This document shows, piece after piece, positions 39,450-46,367 of a DNA stretch of 46,367 bases; the first letter of the stretch is position 1; each line of letters opens with the position of its first letter. The stretch covers positions 74,489 to 120,855 of the forward strand of contig VRVR01000064.1 of assembly GCA_009859145.1 (NCBI GenBank), written 5' to 3'. The notes below the pieces were generated by a model. It did no database searches, was not told where the DNA came from, and saw only the letters and a list, made by a program, of their open reading frames with translations. A program made the position numbers and the translations under genes. This stretch comes from Andalucia godoyi And28 (taxonomy: Eukaryota; Protista; Jakobida).

Positions 39450-40661
39450 CTACAATTCTAATTTTCTGGCTACCCTGGGCGCTCTGGTCTTGCTTTCGTC
39501 ACGTAAAAACGTTCGCAATCGAACAGACAGCGTCAGTTCGACGAATGCTAAATCATAATGACAATGTCTTCGTTGCCAAAGAAAACGCTTTCCAATTTCC
39601 GGATTTCCCGACGGAGACCCGTACACTCCTATGTCACCACTGAGACTCTGATCCGAGTAAGGCTGATCCAAGTGAGCGAAAACGTCGTTTCCACGAAAAG
39701 CAAATTCTGTTAGAGCATTCTGTGGAGCAGAAACAGCGGTTTCCCAGTTTGTGTTACGGTTTCTTGACTTCATCACTGGAGCAGGATTCACCAATATCAC
39801 AATACTGTCATCCTGGGACTCAATATCGGCGACAGGCGTTGGTTTCTCTCGTGTCTGCTGGAGACGATGGCGGTTTGACTTTTTCCTGCTGTGCACTTCA
39901 TATTCCGACAATTCTTCTTCCAGAATGTGTTCGGCGTCGAAATCATCATTCTCCACAAATCCATCCCAGTACTGGCGTATCTCATCGTTCCGGAAGAATC
40001 GAGGAGTTTCAAACTTGATCTCATACAGATCTCGGTCATACGAGATGCGATTGATCACTGGAGTAAACGCCAAATGCTTCCATTCCGACGTTCCTTCCAC
40101 AATAGCCTTCCAAAATACCGCAGCGTTCTCGCCTTCGTGCCCAATTGTAGTAGTCGAATACAACTCCTCCATTGCACGGGCAAGAGAGATGTTAACAGCC
40201 GGTCCAAACGGAGTGTCCAGTAACGGCTCATTCCACAGAAACCGATACTTGATTTGGACTGGCTTAGCTTGCAATAGACGTCCCGCAATTGAGTGAGTAT
40301 TCCCATTCTGGTGCTCTTTGGATCTTTTCGGATTGGAGACACTGGAGAACATCGATTCAACCACGCCATCAGAGAACATCGATGCTATCTCATTTTGTCG
40401 GGGATCAAATGGGTGATGCTGGATTAGAATCCGTTCCAAATTCCTGATCACATGCCGGGACACGACATTCGACAAAAACTGGCAGAGTACTGACGGATCA
40501 TGCGGACGTTGCATTCTATCCAAGAAAAGCGCTGGTGGCTTCGGAAGGCTGAGATGAAACGGATCTTCATTCTCGGCACTCCCAAAACTCTGTGCAGCAT
40601 GCGAACAGAGAAGGACGCAAACGATCAAGACGATCGGAGTCCACGGAAATGAGAATCGCAT
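39450..40661 (-). CDS. Secreted hypothetical protein, 403 aa
   Basis: ATG-initiated long ORF with signal peptide MRFSFPWTPIVLIVCVLLCSHA. No family recognised. Confidence 0.7.
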   Translation of the reverse strand: MRFSFPWTPIVLIVCVLLCSHAAQSFGSAENEDPFHLSLPKPPALFLDRMQRPHDPSVLCQFLSNVVSRHVIRNLERILIQHHPFDPRQNEIASMFSDGVVESMFSSVSNPKRSKEHQNGNTHSIAGRLLQAKPVQIKYRFLWNEPLLDTPFGPAVNISLARAMEELYSTTTIGHEGENAAVFWKAIVEGTSEWKHLAFTPVINRISYDRDLYEIKFETPRFFRNDEIRQYWDGFVENDDFDAEHILEEELSEYEVHSRKKSNRHRLQQTREKPTPVADIESQDDSIVILVNPAPVMKSRNRNTNWETAVSAPQNALTEFAFRGNDVFAHLDQPYSDQSLSGDIGVYGSPSGNPEIGKRFLWQRRHCHYDLAFVELTLSVRLRTFLRDESKTRAPRVARKLEL

Positions 40662-41243
40662 CTCTGCGTTATGGTGAATGCTTTGTTGGCCACTCGTTTC
40701 TGTATGAAAATGCTTCGCTACACAGTTGAAACAGGCTTCTCAACTTCTTGTTCAAATGGACCATAAACATGAGTTGTGATCTTTGCAAAACCCAGACGAG
40801 TACTCAAGTGTGAGGTTTCCTCAAAAAACAGAGGAACGATGCTCGAAAGGCAAGGTTTTCACTTTCCCTCCTGAATTTTCCAAATATCTTCAAATGATGA
40901 TTACGGAAAGCAGTCATCCGAAGACGATGAATCCGAAGACGAAAGGTCCTCGGATGATGAATATGCTCATCCTGTAGCAATGGCTGTTCGGAAAGCAGAA
41001 AGCTGTACATCATGTCATTCTACCGATCCACGCCACAACTTGTTTTCGCTGTCCAAATCGAAACGTTTGTATCTTTATGAGCATCGGTGATCGTTCTATT
41101 TCACTCATTGCAAAGTATCGAGAATTTGATCAATTCGAACGCACGCGGTTGTCGTATCTTTACTCTTCGAAACAGTCGAGAGCGCTGTCCAATGTGTCTG
41201 CGCTTCCGGTGAGGTAATCGGCCAATCCATTGCACATCTCGAA

Positions 41244-41780
41244 ATGTTGAACTCCGCAGCACTTATGCGCGGCCCGCTGAAAAGCATTTCTTCAAAAACC
41301 GTCACTCAGAGATTACACAGTCTTCTCAAATCTTCTTCGTTCGAGCAAATGCCTGCGAAGCGGTGGATGAATTCTCGGTTTATCGCCTCCGTCAAAGACT
41401 TTTACGATACGCATCTCGTGTTCCCAGAGGTTGCTCGATGTCTGCGGGAACGTTATCCTGCATTCTATCGAAGAAATATGAAGTTCATGCGCGATATATA
41501 CGTTTGGATGGGTGTCATTGAGTATTTTGTCATCAAACACTATCGAAGATCTGGAGCTCATGATGCAATCTATTCAGCGAGTCTGCCAAGATCGTGTCCT
41601 GAAATTTCAAGGCCTTTCTCAAGAAAGGCCGACGTTGAATGGTGGCAAATGGAAGAGGTCTGGAAATTGCGCACTCAGATCACGACGTTCTTCTGTCGTG
41701 ATAGGGAGTTGAGACCTTCATTGAGCATTCAATCAGGTGCTGTCGCTTCAGAGAAGGATGTGATTCTCTTTCTGTTGTAA
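41244..41780 (+). CDS. Hypothetical protein or remnant of a larger degraded gene
   Basis: 178-aa ORF with globular-looking composition. The frame stays open for some distance upstream of the ATG, and an acidic fragment (SEDDESEDERSSDDEY) lies at about 40910-40970. Confidence 0.38.
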   Translation: MLNSAALMRGPLKSISSKTVTQRLHSLLKSSSFEQMPAKRWMNSRFIASVKDFYDTHLVFPEVARCLRERYPAFYRRNMKFMRDIYVWMGVIEYFVIKHYRRSGAHDAIYSASLPRSCPEISRPFSRKADVEWWQMEEVWKLRTQITTFFCRDRELRPSLSIQSGAVASEKDVILFLL

Positions 41781-41879
41781 AATGGTCGATGTGCGTTTCT
41801 TATTCCATCTTTTGTCGCGACCGATTGTGATCTGCCTCGATAGAGTAATTTGAGGAAGCGTTTGACCACGATGGAAGAT

Positions 41880-42315
41880 TCACTGCAAGAAGGGTCTTGG
41901 TCTGTCCATGACAGTTCGAGAAAATATAGACAGTCGATACTGGAGCTGTCCGTACACAAACCCCGATGCTCAAGATGCGACATTCGAGCCGAGAGCCCAA
42001 ACCGCCTCAATCAGATGGTCAATGCAAATGGAGTCTTTTCTTGCAATCCTCGACGCCAAGTTGCGTGTGGGAGCATCGACGACGTTGTGCGATGCGATGC
42101 AAGAATGCGTCAATGCGAAAACGTAACGAGCAAGAAAACGGGTTCGTGGTTGTTCGGAAAATGATGCACTTGTGGTGAAAGCTGAGGAAATCGGAAAGCT
42201 GACAGTGTAGAGAAATTTGAAACGCGTCGAGAAGCATTCCTCGATACGGAGACAGAAGCATGGGCGCAACAAACGGGAGAGGATGGTCACGATGCGAGTA
42301 CGAGACCAGGTGTGA
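41880..42315 (+). pseudogene. Decayed paralog of the 15491-16084 protein
   Basis: KKGLGLSMTVREN...TNPDAQDA...LDAKLRVGASTTLCDAMQECVNAKT*RARKRVRGCSENDALVVKAEEI...KHSSIRRQKHGRNKRE aligns with KKGIDLSMQVREN...TNPDAEDA...LDRKLQAGTSTTLANALQEYVNEETKRGRKRVRLCSEHDELMQKAEAI...KHSSMQRRAYGRTKRE. In-frame stops TAA 42124-42126 and TAG 42208-42210. Confidence 0.8.
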
Positions 42316-43150
42316 ACGATCGTGGGGCGCGTCGATGAAAATAGGAAATTCGACGGTGAGTCAACATTCTGATGAAATTAGGATTGCAAATGGCATCTTG
42401 TACTTTCGATAAGTGTTTGCACAAATTCTAAATGCAATCGATTTCATTTGCTCATGCACTTCACAGAATTGTAGGTGAAGCACATTCGGGAGAACAACAA
42501 TGCGTTCGACATTATCCTTCTTCGCAGACTCGTAACGGATTCGGGAAAGGACGCAGCCTACAATTCTGTGGCGTCATGCGTCAGAAGAAGTCCTTGCAAG
42601 TAACCAGCTGCAGTGCGACGAAGATTGCATGTGTTTTCTCCGTAGGTATTGACGCACATGTTATCATCGGCAAGGACAAAGGACCAGATCAATGTAAATC
42701 CGATTGGATGACAGTGTTTGCCGACTCTGTCGAGTTCTTGTAAGTCTGTCCGTCGAATCTGAGAAACAAATCCGACCACCAATTTCCTGCACATAAATCA
42801 AGCTCAAGATCACTGAATGATGTGCAAAAGACACTACCGCAAATTTACGCAGACAGTTCGTTATCTGATCTGTTAACGATGATGATGCACTAACCACTCT
42901 CTTTTATGTTCATCCCGAACTGCATCACACAACATTAGAATGTCAATTGAAATGATTCGCATTGTTTCCTTGCTGTTTTGAACATTCAAATTCCTCGTCG
43001 AGGGTCTAATTAAAGAAGGAAAAGGAAAGGCACAATCCGCTGTGGCTGTGATAAACTCAAAACACGTCTTGTTACACAATAAGATCAGCCATTTGATTTC
43101 CAGATGTGAAAGGCAGTGAAATTTGAGTCATTTACACGCAGTCAACAACT

Positions 43151-45583
43151 TCACGATTGACCGTTTGCTGGAGCAAAAGTCAGGATTTCTAAATCCTCCA
43201 AGTGTATATCGATAATTTCACGCTGCATCATCGTCATCAATCGATAGACGCACGGTAGCAACCAACCGGTCACTGGCGACCAGAACACAACTTCATTGAC
43301 TGCACGACCACTGTGTTCGCCGAAACATGCAGAAATCGCAGCGACTTTGACATCAAGAGGTAATTCCCGAGAATGTTGAAGAGCGTGCCGAATGTAAGTG
43401 ATCAATCGAGGGACGATCATGTTGGCGAATCGGTTTTCCGTCTGCAAGCCGATCCGGAAATGTGGCGCCAACTCCAAAGGGAGACACGTTTCTACCGTCA
43501 GAATTCCGCTGGCCCATGCAACAGGCCGCTGAACAAACAGAGCGAGGAGTCTTGAATCGTCCAAGAAAGCAGGAATATCCTGTGTACCCAGCGCAATCTT
43601 GTCATAGAGTCTCATAAAAAATCCCTCCAATCCATCATGTGACAAGAAAAATGGATGCGTCAGCAGATCTGTAATTTTGGGTCTTGCCTGTTCGTCGTGT
43701 AATAACATCCATTCCAAAAGGTAAAAGAGCATCGGAGCGCGCGTGCGCAGACAGCTTTCCAAGTACTGAGGGGTCTGTCTTTTCAGAATGAAATCTGATT
43801 GATGACCAGCAGCTTCTCTCGATCCATTTCCGAAAGGCAAGTTTCCATCCAAGAAGACATACGACATTGTCATGCCAAGCATGAATACGTCCTGGAAAAA
43901 TGAACAAGGGACGATACCACCACTTAACCTCGGGCTTCTTGTGTCGTCGTTTCCTTGCACGACCCCTCCGTCGGAAACTGCTGAATGAAAGCGTCGAAGC
44001 ACGGAAACTACTTCGAAAGGCTGAAACTCTCCCGCGAGTCCGTTCGTGGGCACTGGACTGTTAATGTTCGCACCAATGTTGATACGATCTACGGTCGGCA
44101 TGTTTCGTATGCGAGAGGGAAGCACGGCGGAAGCTGCAAGGCAGTGGCTTATCCCAAAATCTGCCAGTTTGATCTTGCCAGTGCGGGAGATAAGGACATT
44201 GCAAGGTCGAATATCCCTATGAACCCAAAGATGGCTGTGCATCTGCTTGATTGCATTGCAGAGAGTCTGGAATACATACATCTTCTCACTGTTTGGCATC
44301 GGGATTGGAGATTCTAGGAGAAGTGCTGATTCAAGACGATCATCCAGAGATCCAATACAAAACTCTTGTACAATGAAACAATCCGCATCGTAAGGAACAA
44401 TTGCGAACACATCGGCGAAATGATCTGGAGATAACTCATGCAGCCTTTTCTGGATCTCAACTTCGACGCTTAGGATTTCCGCATCTCGCATGCCCACCAT
44501 TCTTTTCATCGCAACCGGTTGGAGAATCACTGATCCGAACGAATCAACCTTCATGACTCCGCGAAATACCATCGTTCCCCCTGATCCGCGTCCCAACTCG
44601 CATCTGAAGTCTACCCAAAATCTGTCATCTATTTGTCGCATTCTTGTCGTATCATTCCAGCCTTGACCGAGAAGACGGTCATTACGGCGACTGATGAAAT
44701 CACGATGAATACTGGAAATGGAATATCTTGAATGTTCCCCCGTATCTGGACGGACAGATGGTTCTACGGAGTGCCGCATAGTAAGAGTTCCCTCTTCAGT
44801 TCGAGCAGCGGCAGGAGGGCTGATCGGTGCCGGAGTGTTGGAAGACAATACATGTGGATTGTTATTGATACGGATGTCATCAAGGTCTTGAACAAGACGT
44901 TCAAGATCAATTCTATGTGCAACATCTTGCGAGACAGTAAATCCACGATCTTCCAATGCATGTCGGAAAGCAGGATGCGTCGAATATCTCAAGTTCATTG
45001 GAAGTGCTTCGGGATGATGTAGTCGAATCCAATCCGAAAGTGCAGCACCTAGCGTGGGACCAAATAGACTCCGAACTCCTCTAAGACGCTCATTGAGAAA
45101 TTTTGCAAACTGTGATGCGATGTGACGAACAAATTCGTCGCGAAGCCTTCTGGCGACTGCGCGGGCCACAGGTAAGAGCAATCTTTCAGTTTGAACGGTA
45201 ACATCCCAGAAGACACCGTCAATCATGCGTGAGCGAAATGCCAACAATATCGCAATCCCTTGTTCAAAAAGCTCCGTAGACAAGAACGTAACACGCGCAG
45301 ATGTTTGGGCAACACTATTGGTACGCAACACCTGTACTTCGGTTCTATGTCCGATGCTCCCGAGACGATTCTTCAACTGCTGCTCCGAATTCTCGGATGA
45401 GATGCCCGCTTGCTCGGATGGCACATTTTCAACTAGCAGAGTACATTCTTGAAGGGAACGAACCGTGTCGACTAGCAATGGATCGTTGCGAAAGAAGTCG
45501 TACACAAACCCTTGCTCGCTCTGCACAAGAAGTGCATTTACGCTTTCCAATAACAAGTGGAGTTCCGCTGATTCGCCGTTCAT
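43151..45583 (-). CDS. IRE1/RNase L-like Ser/Thr kinase + KEN ribonuclease with an N-terminal RRM-like domain; no signal peptide or TM segment
   Basis: The track start 45634 is TTG; the first ATG is 45583. Kinase: LGRGSGGTMVFRG, VAMK, HRDIRPCNVLI, LADFGIS, DVFMLG...GNLPFG, RPKITDLLTHPFF, all IRE1-like. KEN-like: LEGFFMRLYDKI...W...RLITYIRHALQHSRELP...LLPCVY. RRM-like: TLLVENVP...EQQLKNRLGSIG..EVQVLR...ARVTF...GIAIL...WDVTV. Confidence 0.88.
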   Translation of the reverse strand: MNGESAELHLLLESVNALLVQSEQGFVYDFFRNDPLLVDTVRSLQECTLLVENVPSEQAGISSENSEQQLKNRLGSIGHRTEVQVLRTNSVAQTSARVTFLSTELFEQGIAILLAFRSRMIDGVFWDVTVQTERLLLPVARAVARRLRDEFVRHIASQFAKFLNERLRGVRSLFGPTLGAALSDWIRLHHPEALPMNLRYSTHPAFRHALEDRGFTVSQDVAHRIDLERLVQDLDDIRINNNPHVLSSNTPAPISPPAAARTEEGTLTMRHSVEPSVRPDTGEHSRYSISSIHRDFISRRNDRLLGQGWNDTTRMRQIDDRFWVDFRCELGRGSGGTMVFRGVMKVDSFGSVILQPVAMKRMVGMRDAEILSVEVEIQKRLHELSPDHFADVFAIVPYDADCFIVQEFCIGSLDDRLESALLLESPIPMPNSEKMYVFQTLCNAIKQMHSHLWVHRDIRPCNVLISRTGKIKLADFGISHCLAASAVLPSRIRNMPTVDRINIGANINSPVPTNGLAGEFQPFEVVSVLRRFHSAVSDGGVVQGNDDTRSPRLSGGIVPCSFFQDVFMLGMTMSYVFLDGNLPFGNGSREAAGHQSDFILKRQTPQYLESCLRTRAPMLFYLLEWMLLHDEQARPKITDLLTHPFFLSHDGLEGFFMRLYDKIALGTQDIPAFLDDSRLLALFVQRPVAWASGILTVETCLPLELAPHFRIGLQTENRFANMIVPRLITYIRHALQHSRELPLDVKVAAISACFGEHSGRAVNEVVFWSPVTGWLLPCVYRLMTMMQREIIDIHLEDLEILTFAPANGQS

Positions 45584-45687
45584 TTGGAATGGAGTTGTTG
45601 CACAAAAAAATAAACAAAAGACGACGAGTGACAATCAGGTGGCCGTTTTAGAACTCCCCAACACACCTGAGACCAGCAACCGAGGAG

Positions 45688-45850
45688 TGTTACGACCCAA
45701 GTCGATTTTAGGCGAACTCGAGTTCGCATGGCAGGCGAACACGAGTTCGCATAGCTCCTTAGGCGAACACGAGTTCGCATGGCTGGACGACCGAAGTCGA
45801 TTTTCATGCGAACTCGTGTTCGCCTGATTCCTGCCTATGCGAACTCGTGC
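45688..45850. repeat. Array of a near-palindromic 20-bp unit AGGCGAAC(T/A)CGAGTTCGCAT (3 forward, 1 inverted, 1 partial inverted) plus an 18-bp direct repeat
   Basis: 16-bp cores at 45712-45727 (perfect palindrome GCGAACTCGAGTTCGC), 45735-45750, 45763-45778, inverted at 45808-45823, partial at 45839-45850. ACGACC(C/G)AAGTCGATTTT at 45692-45709 and 45787-45804. Confidence 0.93.
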
Positions 45851-46056
45851 TTTGATTATGTTGGAAGCTTTGCGCGTGTTCTCCCTCCTTTTTTTATCGG
45901 TGTAGGTTCTCAATGACAAGTATTCTGCTCCTCGCGCTGTCGCAGAAGTCCCAGCATGTCAGAATGTCGAGGGAAGGGCGAGATGCAGCGTGTGCGCAGT
46001 CGTTGAGCAAAGAGGATATGTGCAGCACTCATCATTCTCATGATGGCCACCTTCGG

Positions 46057-46367
46057 TCACCCATTCGCGCACGAGTCGCCTTCGTGGCACAGCGCGGTGC
46101 ACCGACGGTTGTTCTTGATGCATGGACAGTGTGGGTTGGAGCATTTCTTTTTCGCTCTCCTACAGTTACAGAAGCGCGGTCCATCGTTTGACAATATCGG
46201 CTCGACACCCGTTGAATGCTTCATCCCAGCTTCGGAGACGGATATCGTTTCCACTGTCTCTTGGCTTTGGTATTTTTGGAACATGGCTCGGAGTTGCGTA
46301 TCTTGGTTTGTTGTTCCTTTGGGAGCAAGTGCCACGAGAGCAGAAGACTTCATCGCAGGCTCAACTA
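46057..46367 (-). CDS. C-terminal fragment ending in a CXC/tesmin-like Cys cluster; frame open to the right edge of the window
   Basis: CNCRRAKKKCSNPHCPCIKNNRRCTALCHEGDSCANG*. Upstream of the track ATG the frame continues (..VEPA) to the window end, so the gene is 5'-incomplete. Confidence 0.7.
   Translation of the reverse strand, partial: VEPAMKSSALVALAPKGTTNQDTQLRAMFQKYQSQETVETISVSEAGMKHSTGVEPILSNDGPRFCNCRRAKKKCSNPHCPCIKNNRRCTALCHEGDSCANG

Larger units (their letters stand above)
45688..46367 (-). mobile_element. Probable 3' end of an integrase-family (Ginger/KRBA2-like) DNA transposon
   Basis: The CxC..C....CxC.....C...CH....CxN tail is typical of the C-terminus of Ginger/KRBA2-like integrases. 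About 200 bp past the stop lies the repeat array, bounded by TGTTACG at 45688 (…CGTAACA on the coding strand), a TGT...ACA-type terminus. The catalytic DDE domain is not in the window. Confidence 0.4.

Noticed and set aside
40662-40970. 103-codon in-frame upstream extension of the 39450-40661 ORF interrupted only by five TGA codons (possible UGA=Trp recoding)
   Set aside because: TGA terminates bona fide genes here (e.g. lysozyme 11010-11012, permease 6590-6592), TGG is used normally, and the ATG at 40661 already starts a good signal peptide. Best explained by chance.
7359-42210. Alternative nuclear genetic code (UAR reassignment) to explain in-frame TAA/TAG
   Set aside because: Multi-kb ORFs contain no internal TAA/TAG and end on them normally. 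The interrupted genes also carry indels, so they are pseudogenes.
42432-43100. Short minus-strand ORF fragments downstream of the kinase-KEN gene
   Set aside because: No coherent frame or recognisable domain.
45584-45634. Signal peptide MSLVVFCLFFCA on the IRE1-like kinase
   Set aside because: The track start is TTG. The hydrophobic residues come from a T-rich leader upstream of the first ATG (45583), and no TM helix precedes the kinase.
45688-45850. CRISPR array
   Set aside because: Gaps between units are only about 3-25 bp and not spacer-like, orientation flips within the array, there are no cas genes, and the context is eukaryotic.
1-46367. tRNA, rRNA and telomeric repeats
   Set aside because: None recognised by eye. 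tRNAscan-SE/Infernal would be needed to exclude small RNAs.

Overview
Gene-dense, nearly intron-free eukaryotic (protist-like) DNA with roughly balanced GC and genes on both strands; the organism cannot be identified from this window. Left to right: the 3' end of a class III nucleotide cyclase, a biliverdin-type phytochrome hybrid histidine kinase (PAS-GAF-PHY-HK-REC) with a frameshift in its receiver, an APC amino-acid permease, a broken miniature HBS1/eRF3-like GTPase, a CNNM (DUF21+CBS) metal transporter, a secreted lysozyme-fold protein and a compact topoisomerase II. Further right are two large single-pass surface proteins (7-blade propeller + Cys-rich stalk; VWA+VWD+Ig/PKD-like), a GPI-anchored-like protein and tetraspan membrane genes. 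A coiled-coil/PD-(D/E)xK nuclease/kinase (Crinkler-like) family occurs three times: one intact copy and two decayed ones, one of which carries a 137-bp patch nearly identical to the phytochrome 3' end. At the right end is an apparently cytosolic IRE1/RNase L-like kinase-KEN ribonuclease with an RRM-like N-terminus, then a palindromic repeat array and the CXC-type tail of a probable integrase-family transposase. The most interesting candidates are the RRM-kinase-KEN protein, the phytochrome, the templated-insertion chimera and the Crinkler-like family. All domain calls come from reading motifs by eye; no searches were run.
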